Source of the DNA: Clostridiales bacterium
Lineage (GTDB): Bacteria > Bacillota > Clostridia > Christensenellales > Aristaeellaceae
Direction: 5' to 3'
DNA: 64,000 bases
NCBI GenBank assembly: GCA_015056305.1
Contig: SVGO01000001.1
Coordinates: 1,602-65,601 of the forward strand
Shown here: piece by piece, positions 43,085 to 52,382 of the stretch
Layout: each line of letters starts with the position of its first letter
How positions within the stretch are numbered: the stretch's first letter is position 1
Position numbers and translations under genes: made by a program
The notes under the pieces: generated by a model
Told to the model about the DNA's origin: nothing
Database searches by the model: none
Seen by the model: only the letters and a program-made list of their open reading frames with translations

Positions 43085-43659
43085 CAGTATCTCACCTCCG
43101 ATGCATCGGGCAGCGCGGCGAGAACGTCGGCGACGATTTCCTGCTGATCCGCTGCCGTCCAGTAGTCCGTGCCGCGCTGCGGCGTGTAGCCCGCCGGACC
43201 GGGTTCACCCTGCGGGCCGTCAAACTCGCCAGACTCTTTCGCCTCGTCCAGCGCGGTCTCGACAGCGGCGTTCAGCCCGGCAGCGCCAACCTTCGCGTCA
43301 ATCGCTTCCTTTAACACACTGAGCGCATCGCCTACAGCACCAGCATCAGCCGCTTTTCCGCTGACAGAAAGAGTCGTGTCAAGCTCAACGAAAGACTCGC
43401 CGCCCTCCGGCGCTTCCGCAAGCTCCGCAGCCATCCCGGCGATTTCCTGCTTGTCCGCGTCGGTCAGCACGTAGCTCTTGCCGGCCGGGCCCACAGGACC
43501 AATCGGACCTTCAGGACCGGTTGGCCCCATCGGGCCGGCAGGACCGATCGGTCCACGCGCACCTTTTTCTCCCTGCGGTCCCCGGGGACCGGTCAGGCCC
43601 TGCGGACCCATACTGTTCCTCAATTCAATTTTTATTTCGTTTTTTCCAACGACCCTCAT
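43084..43659 (-). CDS. collagen-like (Gly-X-Y) tail fibre protein
   Basis: [43 protein letters not shown], encoded at about nt 43470-43615. Confidence 0.7.
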   Translation of the reverse strand: MRVVGKNEIKIELRNSMGPQGLTGPRGPQGEKGARGPIGPAGPMGPTGPEGPIGPVGPAGKSYVLTDADKQEIAGMAAELAEAPEGGESFVELDTTLSVSGKAADAGAVGDALSVLKEAIDAKVGAAGLNAAVETALDEAKESGEFDGPQGEPGPAGYTPQRGTDYWTAADQQEIVADVLAALPDASEVRY

Positions 43660-44045
43660 CTTGCACCTCCTGCCACAGCCAGAACCGACAGCCTGCCCTT
43701 GAGCACAGCCGTATGCTGGCTCCTGGTTCCATTCAGTCTGCCGTTTGCGTCAAATACACCGTCACGCACCACGCGGAACGACCATTCGTAATGATCCGGC
43801 TTGATCCTGGCCGTGTCCTCGTAGGTAAACATCATGTCAAATGCATTGCCCTCCGCGTCGGGCAGAAGCATTTTGCGCAGGATCAGCGTGCCGTCACGCC
43901 TGACCATCGTGAATACGCCGACGTCCTCCTGCGTAATCTTTCCCTTCTCCGCCGCAAACTTTACAGCGCCGGTGTCTCCCTGCGGGATCCTGATCATCGT
44001 TCCCTGAACCTCTACAGCCATCCGCATCTCCTCCTCATTGGCCAT
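43656..44045 (-). CDS. hypothetical structural protein
   Basis: 129-aa ORF between the adaptor paralog and the fibre genes. Confidence 0.45.
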   Translation of the reverse strand: MANEEEMRMAVEVQGTMIRIPQGDTGAVKFAAEKGKITQEDVGVFTMVRRDGTLILRKMLLPDAEGNAFDMMFTYEDTARIKPDHYEWSFRVVRDGVFDANGRLNGTRSQHTAVLKGRLSVLAVAGGAR

Positions 44046-44054
44046 TATTCTCCT

Positions 44055-44609
44055 TCAGATATTCGTCGCCGAATACAGATTTTTGTATGCCGTCACGCTT
44101 CCCGCGCCCATGGGCCTGAGCATGCGCATCGCCTCATAGAAGCTCTGCAGATAAACCTGCGCCCTGCTTTGCTTGGCCAGATTGCCGCCGGAAAGATGCT
44201 TGTAGCAGATATAGCTCACCAGCGCATCATGCACATGCTCCGGAATCCGCGGCACGTCCAGTCCGCTTTCAAGCGCAGGATAATTCACCTGACAGATAAC
44301 GGTCACATCCTGATTGCGCACGGCTGTCTGATGCATGCCGCATCCGTCCGGACAGACGCCGAACGGCACGCATCGGCCGGTCTTGTCCCTCATCTCTACA
44401 ACGCGTTCGATATCGAATCCATCCAGATTCACGCGGCCGTTTTCGTCCGCATGGCAAACGAAGGTTTCCCGCGGCTTGTAATACTGGCGCAGGATCAGCT
44501 GATACCCCGTATTCATATACATCCGAAACCTCTGGTCATACTCGCTCATATCGCCTGGGTCCTCGTCCAATTCAAGCATCGCATGCCTGATAATCTGATC
44601 TGCGGTCAC
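44055..44609 (-). CDS. adaptor/completion protein paralog of 13335..13886
   Basis: Shared LELDEDPxD...YDQxFxMYxNxGYQLILRQxYKPRET...VPRIPEHVHxALVxYICYKHLSxGNLAKQSRAQ. Confidence 0.5.
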   Translation of the reverse strand: MTADQIIRHAMLELDEDPGDMSEYDQRFRMYMNTGYQLILRQYYKPRETFVCHADENGRVNLDGFDIERVVEMRDKTGRCVPFGVCPDGCGMHQTAVRNQDVTVICQVNYPALESGLDVPRIPEHVHDALVSYICYKHLSGGNLAKQSRAQVYLQSFYEAMRMLRPMGAGSVTAYKNLYSATNI

Positions 44610-44671
44610 GCGCCAACGCCTCCTTTCATACCGTCTTTTTCCTCTCCGTCCATTGCCTTGTCTGCCGCCAT
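44606..44671 (-). pseudogene. possible 3' stub of a portal gene
   Basis: 21-codon ORF ending ...GMKGGVGA-stop with a GTGA overlap onto the adaptor start. This mirrors the portal end ...SMKGGAMA-stop and its GTGA overlap at 13883-13886. Confidence 0.35.
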
Positions 44672-44880
44672 TTTGTCCGTCCTCCTCTCTTTTTCATCAT
44701 AAAAGCCCGGTCGCATCAGCGCGTCCGGGCTTTATCCGCATATGAATGCGCAGCGCCGCAGGGAACTCTCAGGAAATCCCCCCGCAGCGCTGCGCAAGTA
44801 TAATGTATCACACCATATATCCAGCGTCAATGCGACGCTTTACGACACTTTATGTCATCTTCTCCTATCGCATGAAATAA

Positions 44881-44906
44881 GCCCTGCTCCCGCAGGGCTT
44901 TTGTGT
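44881..44906. terminator. bidirectional hairpin at the remnant/host junction
   Basis: gccctgc-tccc-gcagggc flanked by aaataa and ttttgtgt. Lies downstream of the stop at 44912. Confidence 0.55.
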
Positions 44907-44911
44907 ATATC

Positions 44912-45820
44912 TCATTTCTTCCTTCGGATCTTCGCCACAAAGAATCCCTCGTGCAGCGCATCCGGGCAGACGCACAGCGTCCCCGGAATCGAAACTGGCA
45001 GCTGCGGCACGGATGCAAACGCAGCCAATTCCAGCGGCACCACCTCGGCATTTGCCTTCCGGAGTACGCGCGTAACGATATCCTCGTTCTCTTTGGCAAG
45101 CACAGAGCAGGTGGAATAGATCATCTCGCATCCCGGCCGCAGGAGCCTGAGCGCTTTTTCAAGCAGCGCCGCCTGCTGCTTCGTGGTTCTTGCGAGGAAT
45201 TCTTTCGAGAACTGTCCCTTCGATCGCGCATTGCCCAGCTGCACGGTGCCGCTGCCCGAGCAGGGCGCATCCAGCAGGATGCGGTCAAAGGAGAACAGGT
45301 CGTCCATGTTGCGCGAGTCGATGTTCATCACCGTCACGCGCGTCGCGCCCTGCCTGGCGACATTATATTTGAGCCTGTCCGCGCGGATCTTATTCATCTC
45401 GCAGGCCGTGATCATCGCCTGATTGCCCGTCATCGCGGCGATCTGCGTCGTCTTGCCGCCGGGGGCCGCCGCCATATCCAGCACGTTTTCGCCTGGCTTC
45501 GCGCCAAGCAGCAGCGGCGGGATCATCGACGAGAGGCTCTGCAGATAGATCTCCCCGCGCGCATACATCTCCAGCGCCGTCAGCGCATCCTCGCGCGCGT
45601 TTTTCACGATCATCGCATCGGCGTACCATGAAACAGGCTCCGTCTCGATCCCCTGCGCAGCAAGCGCCTCGCACACAGCCTGTGCATTCGTTTTGAGTGG
45701 ATTGGCGCGCAGCGTCACGGCGCGCTGCGCCGCATAGCCTTCCGCAATCTTCTCCGCCGTCTCCCCGCCATACTGCGCAATGAGCAGTTCCTTCAGATAT
45801 GCCGGTACACCCTCGTGCAT
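44912..45820 (-). CDS. RsmB/RsmF (NOL1/NOP2/Sun) family RNA m5C methyltransferase
   Basis: VLDMAAAPGGKT, ILLDAPCSGSGT, YSTCS. The ATG at 45820 follows AAGGAGAG. Confidence 0.8.
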   Translation of the reverse strand: MHEGVPAYLKELLIAQYGGETAEKIAEGYAAQRAVTLRANPLKTNAQAVCEALAAQGIETEPVSWYADAMIVKNAREDALTALEMYARGEIYLQSLSSMIPPLLLGAKPGENVLDMAAAPGGKTTQIAAMTGNQAMITACEMNKIRADRLKYNVARQGATRVTVMNIDSRNMDDLFSFDRILLDAPCSGSGTVQLGNARSKGQFSKEFLARTTKQQAALLEKALRLLRPGCEMIYSTCSVLAKENEDIVTRVLRKANAEVVPLELAAFASVPQLPVSIPGTLCVCPDALHEGFFVAKIRRKK

Positions 45821-45950
45821 GGATCTCTCTCCTTCAGCGGGCGCATGCCCGGATATTCTGTCTTCGCGTGGTTCTATGATATCATGCGCCGATTCGAAAT
45901 GCAAGAAGCGCCGCAGGAAGCCATATCCCGCAGCGCTTTTGTATGCCGTT

Positions 45951-46595
45951 TTAATCAAAGAACCTGCGCACATACACGCTCATCCACGCAACCAGCGAGC
46001 CGATGAACAGCGTGATGCCCACGGATACCGGACCCGCCGTCGCGCCCAGCAGCGCACCGCCCACCATCATCACAAAATCCCACAGCGTGCGCACCACGCG
46101 GAAGGACCAGCCCTTGCGCGCGGCGATGATCTGCGGAATCGCGTCGTACGGCGCCACGCCCATGTCCACGCACATATACGTCGACGCCGCCAGCAGGAAT
46201 ATCGCCAGCGCCGGCACAAAGATGATGATGCGCGCCGTCATGGAAAGCGTTCCCAGCGCCGGGAACTGATCGATCACGAACATGAAAAACTGAGCCACAT
46301 AGCCCACGACGGTCATGTTCGCCAGCGTGCCCAGACCGATGCGGCTGGCGTCGTAGCGGATGACGATCAGCATCATCACAATATTGAACAGCAGCTGCAT
46401 CGTGCCGAACGGAATGCCGATGTTCATGCTCATGCCCATGGTCATCACCGAGCACGGATCCGTACCAAACCCGATCATATCAAACACCGCCACGCCAAAG
46501 CCCATCAGCGCCACGGCGGCAAACAGCGCAGGCACCCTGCGCTCCATCCTCGGGCGCTTCATCCCCACGACAAACGCCTTGATCTTCTCTTTCAT
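45951..46595 (-). CDS. polytopic membrane protein (YczE/YitT-like)
   Basis: 214 aa with multiple hydrophobic helices. Confidence 0.45.
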   Translation of the reverse strand: MKEKIKAFVVGMKRPRMERRVPALFAAVALMGFGVAVFDMIGFGTDPCSVMTMGMSMNIGIPFGTMQLLFNIVMMLIVIRYDASRIGLGTLANMTVVGYVAQFFMFVIDQFPALGTLSMTARIIIFVPALAIFLLAASTYMCVDMGVAPYDAIPQIIAARKGWSFRVVRTLWDFVMMVGGALLGATAGPVSVGITLFIGSLVAWMSVYVRRFFD

Positions 46596-46695
46596 TTTCT
46601 TCTATCCTCCGTATAAGCGGCGCACGCCGCATGCAGTCCAGCGCCATATTATACAGAAAGAAATGCGAAACATCAAGACGGGAATTGCAAAAAAC

Positions 46696-46928
46696 GTAGG
46701 GAACGTTCGGGGACGCTGTCCCCGAACCCCTGGCAGGGACATTGTCCCTGCACCCTTCTTCGCTTCGCGCCGGTTTTAAGACGCCAGGATATAAATTCGG
46801 ACGCAGGAAATATCCTGCGTCCATGTTTATTGATTTATCTCTTCAAGCCGCCGCGAAGCGGAAAGAGGGAGTCTGAGGGACAATGTCCCTCAGGCAGGTC
46901 TGGGCGGCAGCCCAGCGTCCCCCCGCCC
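46696..46928. repeat. composite REP/MITE-like element: two inverted triple-hairpin arms around hairpin 46799-46822
   Basis: Arms at 46696-46773 and 46848-46928. Shares its architecture with 52156-52382 and 61071-61296. Confidence 0.75.
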
Positions 46929-47573
46929 TTACAGCTCGTCTGCCGCAGGCTGCATCAGCACGACGCCCTGCGGGACGGAGTCTTTCGTGATTTCCAGCTC
47001 GCGAACAGGCTGCGCGCCCTGCACGCCCATCAGCGCGAGGAAATCGTCGACCTTCGCAATCGGGTACGGGCAGCGCCTCGTCTTCACGTGCATCGGGATC
47101 ACGCAGGCGGGCTTCGCCTGATCGATGATCGCCTTCGCGCCCTGCGCATCCACGGTATATGTGCCGCCCACAGGGATCATCATCACGTCCGCGCTGCTGA
47201 TAGCCTCCAGCACGTCCTCGTCCGGCATGCAGCCCTGATCGCCCATGTGCACGATCGTCAGGCCGTCTGCCGTAAAGATGCGCACCATGTTGCCGCCGCG
47301 CATAGAGCCCTCGGCGTCGTCGTGATAGGAGTTCACCGCGCGGGAGGAGAAGCTGCCCACGCACGCCAGCTCCGGGCCGCGCGCGATCACGGGATTGCCC
47401 TCGATCATGCGCGTCTCACAGTGGTCATGATGCCCGTGGCTCATCGTGATCAGATCCGCTTTTAGTCTAATCATGTCGATGCCCACGCTCTCGTCATACG
47501 GGTCGGTGATCGCCACCGTGCCATCCTGCGCCGTCAGCCGAAAACATGCGTGTCCGATCCATTCAATCTTCAT
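46929..47573 (-). CDS. MBL-fold metal-dependent hydrolase (UPF0173-like)
   Basis: MKIEWIGHACF... HGHHDH motif. Confidence 0.8.
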   Translation of the reverse strand: MKIEWIGHACFRLTAQDGTVAITDPYDESVGIDMIRLKADLITMSHGHHDHCETRMIEGNPVIARGPELACVGSFSSRAVNSYHDDAEGSMRGGNMVRIFTADGLTIVHMGDQGCMPDEDVLEAISSADVMMIPVGGTYTVDAQGAKAIIDQAKPACVIPMHVKTRRCPYPIAKVDDFLALMGVQGAQPVRELEITKDSVPQGVVLMQPAADEL

Positions 47574-48099
47574 CTTCTTTTCCCTCCTGCATCGCGCACC
47601 AGTTCCAAATTACGGCCCCCGCTTCGCGAAAACCGCTTGTGTCCGCGTTTCTTTGCATCAGGGCTGCCTGCGCGCGCAGCGCCGGCAGACCGTCCATCAT
47701 CCGGTCCTGCCACGTCAGCCGCAGGGCGTCGATGATCAGCTGCCTGCCCGCCGGGGTCAGCGGCTTTCTCGCCTTGCCGAGCCATCGCGCAGCCAGCGCC
47801 TGTGCGCTGCATCGCGGGCTGTCCCAGTCCACAGCGCAGGGGCAGCTGCATGCAATCCCTGACAGCACATCGTCCGCAGGCGTGAGCAGCAGCAGCCCAT
47901 CTTCCTCGCGGCAGTCAAACCCCGCGCTTGCCATGGCGTCCAACAGTGCAGCTCTGGCAGATTCGTCTTCGCAGCGGCGAAGCGCGTCGCTCACCAGCAG
48001 CGCACCCCGCTCCGGAAAGCGCACGAACCCGCGTCCGCCTGCTTTCAGCATCGCTGCGCGCGCCGTGTCGCGCAGCTGCTGCGCCGTCACAGGCGCCAT
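47563..48099 (-). CDS. hypothetical protein
   Basis: 178-aa ORF, translationally overlapping both neighbours. Confidence 0.45.
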   Translation of the reverse strand: MAPVTAQQLRDTARAAMLKAGGRGFVRFPERGALLVSDALRRCEDESARAALLDAMASAGFDCREEDGLLLLTPADDVLSGIACSCPCAVDWDSPRCSAQALAARWLGKARKPLTPAGRQLIIDALRLTWQDRMMDGLPALRAQAALMQRNADTSGFREAGAVIWNWCAMQEGKEDED

Positions 48100-48524
48100 G
48101 TGATCTCCATCACGGCGCTCGACGTGCGCTCGCCGCCCATGTATACGTCGTAATCCAGCCTCAGCTCGCCGCCGCGTTCATCCTGCTCGATGCCTACGCT
48201 GCGCGTATCCACAGCGACGGGAATATCGCCGTAGATCGTCACATAGCTGGACGAAACCTTCTGTCCCGGCAGGAACGTCAGCATGCTGGATACCATGCCC
48301 CTGCGCTGCATGCGCGCGCGGTTCTCTCTCTGTGTTCTGCCCGGCTTCATCGTCAGGATGATATGCGCCTTTTCCTCGTCCTGCACATCGTCATATTCCA
48401 GCACGATGCCGTCCGCAGTTTCCCTGAGCATGCCCGAGCGGGCGTTCTTGATTTCATGCACATCGCCGTCCGGCTCCGTCAGCCGGGAGACGACGCGCAT
48501 GCGTACTTTCTTTTCCTCAGTCAT
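48087..48524 (-). CDS. DUF1934 (YwiB-like) beta-barrel protein candidate
   Basis: 145 aa. The pattern is remembered from this family. Low certainty. Confidence 0.45.
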   Translation of the reverse strand: MTEEKKVRMRVVSRLTEPDGDVHEIKNARSGMLRETADGIVLEYDDVQDEEKAHIILTMKPGRTQRENRARMQRRGMVSSMLTFLPGQKVSSSYVTIYGDIPVAVDTRSVGIEQDERGGELRLDYDVYMGGERTSSAVMEITWRL

Positions 48525-49962
48525 GGCTCTCCTCCTCGCGTCCCATCGGGATCACATTAAGCAGCATGCACAGCGCCAGCAGGCACAGCACGAATGCATA
48601 GACCATCGGCAGCAGCACCTCTTCCGTCATCGGATAGCAGGAGCCCGCCGCCGTGGCAAAGAGCACAAGGCATGCCGGGATTCTCAGCCCCGGCGCGGCA
48701 AGAATCGCATACAGGCAAAGCATGTCCGCCGCCAGCCATGCGCCGCTGGTTACGCCCGGGCAGACGATCAGCGCGCAGAGCGTCAGGACAAACGCGCGAT
48801 GCAGCGCCGGCTTTTCCTTCCAGCGGCTGATGAGCGCCCATACGCCCGCATACGCCGCCACGCCGGCCCATGCAAAGCCGCGCATCACGTAGGCATAGTG
48901 GGTCTGCGTATAATGCTCCTGCGCGTAGGTCAGCGTATCGATTCCCGGCAGGTGGCGCAGGATCGGCGCGTACTGCGCCATCTCCTCCACGACCGCGCGC
49001 GGAATCAGATTCGCAGCGCCCGGCGCGCCTCCGGCGTACACCGGCATGCCCAGCACAGCGCCAAACAGGCTGCCTGCGGCGTCTCCGATCGGCATGCCGC
49101 CAAGCACAGCCGGCACGCACAGCGCAAGCATCACGCCGGCGATCACGCCAGCCTCACGCTTCCAGTTCTTTCTGTCGATCATCGCCGGCAGCGCCAGCAG
49201 GCACGCGCCGCACAGCGCGCACGCCGCGCCATAGCACGCCGAAGCAGCCACCGTTTTCGGCTTATCGCAGCCAAAGCGCAGTGTCAGCGCCGCGCCCATC
49301 AGCGCCAGCGCCGCAATCTCCACCAGCGCGCTGCACGCCGCATTCATGAATCCCTGCGGCAGGATCATGCACAGCGCCAGCAGCACCTCCACGCGGATGC
49401 CAAGCCCTGCGCGGTCCGCCGCGCGGCTCATCAGCAGGGCGATAAGCAGATAGCAGCCGATGGCAAAGAGCTTGAGCAGATACATGTCATAGACCGGTCC
49501 GCGCGTGAGGCTATAAACAAGCAGCCTCGCCGGGGCCGAAAGGAAGGACTGCGCCTGCATGCCCGCGCCAAAGCCTGTGTCCATCGCGCGCACCAACGGC
49601 TGCATCACATTCACATAGATATACGTCTTCTGGTTGATCGCCAGCAGCATGATATACAGTCCCGCCGTAAGGATCACCTGGCGCAGCGCCGTGCGCGAGA
49701 AGCTCACGCGCGAAAGCAGCACGCAGAGCATCAGCATCGACGCATGCACAAACGCGCTCATGGCGATAAACAGCGCGCGATTGTTCCAGCCGCCAATGTC
49801 ATTGAGATTGGAAAGCGGGCCGGAGGAGACGTTATCAAGCGCCAGCGCGCCGGACAGCACCAGCGTCAGCAGCGCAGAAAACACCAGCCGGTGCTTCGTC
49901 AGGAAGCGGTCGACGCGCTCCGCGGCCTGACCCGCATGAAACAGCAGTTTGCTCATCATCAC
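48517..49962 (-). CDS. polytopic membrane protein
   Basis: 481 aa with at least 10 hydrophobic segments. Overlaps the next gene. Confidence 0.5.
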   Translation of the reverse strand: MMMSKLLFHAGQAAERVDRFLTKHRLVFSALLTLVLSGALALDNVSSGPLSNLNDIGGWNNRALFIAMSAFVHASMLMLCVLLSRVSFSRTALRQVILTAGLYIMLLAINQKTYIYVNVMQPLVRAMDTGFGAGMQAQSFLSAPARLLVYSLTRGPVYDMYLLKLFAIGCYLLIALLMSRAADRAGLGIRVEVLLALCMILPQGFMNAACSALVEIAALALMGAALTLRFGCDKPKTVAASACYGAACALCGACLLALPAMIDRKNWKREAGVIAGVMLALCVPAVLGGMPIGDAAGSLFGAVLGMPVYAGGAPGAANLIPRAVVEEMAQYAPILRHLPGIDTLTYAQEHYTQTHYAYVMRGFAWAGVAAYAGVWALISRWKEKPALHRAFVLTLCALIVCPGVTSGAWLAADMLCLYAILAAPGLRIPACLVLFATAAGSCYPMTEEVLLPMVYAFVLCLLALCMLLNVIPMGREEESHD

Positions 49963-51380
49963 AGCAGGCCTCCCTTCGCCGCAAAAACACGATTCCTGCG
50001 CATCCGCGCAAGCAGATCGCGCGAGACGACCACCAGCGCTGCGAGCATCATCAGCGCGAGCACGCGCTCGTCAATCGGCCTCTGGCGCATCAGATAGGGC
50101 ACATAGCTCATCAGCGACGCTCCGACAACCAGCAGCGGCATGAACCTGCGCCGCGGATGCTTGACCGCGTAGAGGATAGAGAGCATGTCCGCCAGATAGA
50201 AATATCGCTCGTGGATCTTGGGCATGACAAACGGCAGGAAGATCGCGAAAAACAGCGCCAGCTCCAGCGTCATGTCCGGCGTGATCTCCTTCCAGTGCAT
50301 CAGCCAATAGATGACCACAATCAGCGTCAGCACCACGCACGCATACAGCGCCGCATGCTGCAGATCCGGAAAGAGATCGGGATTCAGATAGCCGTTAAGC
50401 CCCTTGCCGTCGATGCCTTCGATATAGCGCATCCAGGTGAATTCCTGGCTGCTGGCGAACTCAAGCATCGGGAAGAAGAGATACAGGTTCGGCGCGTTGT
50501 AGGTCAGGCGGTCGTAATACTGGCCCATCGACTGATTGGCATAGACGCTCACCGCGTCCATAAACGTTCTGCCGGCGATCAGCGCCGGGATCATCGTGAC
50601 CACATACGCAGCGAAGAACGCAGCGGCATGGCACCAGTCGTACTTCTTATGCAGAAGGCCAAAGAGCACCACCGGGAAAAAGAAGATCGTCTGCAGCTTG
50701 AAGGCAAACGCCACGGACAGGAAAATCGCCGAGCGCATGGGCCTGTCGGTTTCAAGCATGTACAGGCTCATCACCACCAGGAACGCATACACCGAGTCGC
50801 ACTGACCCCAGCACGCGCCGTCCAGCAGCGTCGTGGGCAGCGCCAGCATGATCAGCAGCACGGGCAGCTTTGCCTTCTCCCCGCCGAATACGCCCGCGGC
50901 GCGCATCATCGCCAGCGCCAGCAGGTGGTCAAAGATCACCGTCACATACTTGATCAGGTACAGGTCGTTAAGCGACGACTTGGAGATGATCAGCAGCGCA
51001 TACTGATACAGCAGGTTGTAATCGCCCACATTCTGCGCCAGCAGCGAGAAGCCGCCCGCGCGGAATTTGTCTACCCATTTGGATAAAAAGGACGTATAGT
51101 CCGCCGTCACAAAGTCGAGCATGCTCACACGCGCGATCATCGTCAGCGCCGCAAACGCGCCGACAAAGCACAGCGTGTACGCCTTCGGTCGCTCCAGCGC
51201 GGCATAGCCCGCCATCAGACCGCCGTATACCAGCGCAAACAGCGCGGCAAGCCCCAGCGTCTGCATGAGCGTTCCCGCATGCAGCAGCGTCGCGCCCATC
51301 TGCAGCGACAGGATCGCAAACAGCGCCAGCGTCATGCCCAGGGCAAGCGCCGCACTGCGGGTAGTTTCCTTGTTTCTCAT
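49959..51380 (-). CDS. GT-C-fold (PMT_2/Gpi18-like) membrane glycosyltransferase candidate
   Basis: 473 aa, polytopic. The N-terminal third resembles mannosyltransferase-like families from memory. Confidence 0.45.
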   Translation of the reverse strand: MRNKETTRSAALALGMTLALFAILSLQMGATLLHAGTLMQTLGLAALFALVYGGLMAGYAALERPKAYTLCFVGAFAALTMIARVSMLDFVTADYTSFLSKWVDKFRAGGFSLLAQNVGDYNLLYQYALLIISKSSLNDLYLIKYVTVIFDHLLALAMMRAAGVFGGEKAKLPVLLIMLALPTTLLDGACWGQCDSVYAFLVVMSLYMLETDRPMRSAIFLSVAFAFKLQTIFFFPVVLFGLLHKKYDWCHAAAFFAAYVVTMIPALIAGRTFMDAVSVYANQSMGQYYDRLTYNAPNLYLFFPMLEFASSQEFTWMRYIEGIDGKGLNGYLNPDLFPDLQHAALYACVVLTLIVVIYWLMHWKEITPDMTLELALFFAIFLPFVMPKIHERYFYLADMLSILYAVKHPRRRFMPLLVVGASLMSYVPYLMRQRPIDERVLALMMLAALVVVSRDLLARMRRNRVFAAKGGLL

Positions 51381-51593
51381 ATTTCAAAGCTCCTTGATGA
51401 TCGATATGATCTTTTGCAGCACATAGTACCATCGATTTTATCATTATATCATACTTTTCTGAGCATCTCAACGTCTGCGCGCTGCCAAATCTGGCATGGC
51501 CACAAAATCAAAAACTGGCACTTTACTCCATGCCAGTTCATGCTATAATGTCTTTATCGAAGAAATTCATCCCGTCAGAAAGGGGTCTTCCTC

Positions 51594-52157
51594 ATGTCAA
51601 ACAGCCGCAACAAAACCTTCAGAATCTGCTTCATCGGTCTGATGGCTGCGATCGTGTTCGTCGTCAATTATTTCCGCATTCCCTTCATGGGCACGCAGCT
51701 GCACATGACCAACGCGCTTTGCGTGCTCTGCGGCCTGCTCTTTGGCCCGGGCGCGGGCTTTCTGGCGGCCGGTCTGGGTTCCGGTCTGTATGACATCGTC
51801 GCCGGCTGGGGCGTGGAGTGCATCATCACCTTCATCAACAAGGGCGCTATCGCCCTCGTCGCCGGTCTGATCGGCTATCACGCCGCCCGCCGCGACAATC
51901 CCTCCGCCGCCGACCACGCCAAGATCATCGCCGGTTCTGTCCTCGGCTCGCTTGCCTATGTCGCGCTCTATATGCTTAAGACCTTCATCGCCGGTCAGCT
52001 CATCGACGGCCTGACCCTCGACGCAGTCACCGCCAAGATGCTCACCAAGCTGCCCGGCAGCCTGATGAACGCCGTCTTCGCCTTCATCGTCGCGCCGATT
52101 CTCCTTGGCGCGCTCAAACCCGCGCTCAAGAAAGCGGGTCTGTACGACAAGCTGTGA
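51594..52157 (+). CDS. ECF-transporter S-component-like membrane protein
   Basis: 187 aa with about 6 TM segments. TGcTATAAT promoter at 51540-51548. Confidence 0.5.
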   Translation: MSNSRNKTFRICFIGLMAAIVFVVNYFRIPFMGTQLHMTNALCVLCGLLFGPGAGFLAAGLGSGLYDIVAGWGVECIITFINKGAIALVAGLIGYHAARRDNPSAADHAKIIAGSVLGSLAYVALYMLKTFIAGQLIDGLTLDAVTAKMLTKLPGSLMNAVFAFIVAPILLGALKPALKKAGLYDKL

Positions 52158-52382
52158 GGGGAACGTTGGGCTGCCGCCCAAACCCGCCAAGGGACTTCGC
52201 CCCTTGACCCCATGTTCGCTTCGCGGCGGTTTTAATCTTCTTCACCGTAAAACGCCTCCGGTTTCACCGGAGGCGTTTTTGCACATAAAATCTTAAAACA
52301 TGCGCGAAGCGTAATAGGGAGTCTGAGGGACAATGTCCCTCAGGCAGGTCTTAGGGCGGCAGCCCTAACGTACCCCCCGTCC
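52156..52382. repeat. composite REP/MITE-like element bracketing terminator 52248-52281
   Basis: Arms at 52156-52229 and 52302-52382, in inverted orientation. Confidence 0.75.
52248..52281. terminator. bidirectional intrinsic terminator between convergent genes
   Basis: aaaacgcctccgg-tttca-ccggaggcgttttt. Confidence 0.75.

Larger units (their letters stand above)
40550..44870. mobile_element. decayed tandem prophage remnant related to prophage 1
   Basis: Left arm is about 80% similar by eye to 429-616. Contains endolysin and adaptor paralogs and a possible portal 3' stub. No integrase, head or replication genes and no third att copy. Confidence 0.7.

Noticed and set aside
41543-44045. Diversity-generating retroelement acting on the fibre genes
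   Set aside because: No reverse transcriptase gene and no template/variable repeat pair could be found anywhere in the window.
51440-51593. Riboswitch upstream of the ECF S-component gene
   Set aside because: With the TATAAT at 51543-51548 the leader is only about 40 nt and matches no riboswitch consensus I can recall. The inverted repeat ctggcatgg...ccatgccag (51490-51536) lies upstream of the -10 box and may be an operator instead.
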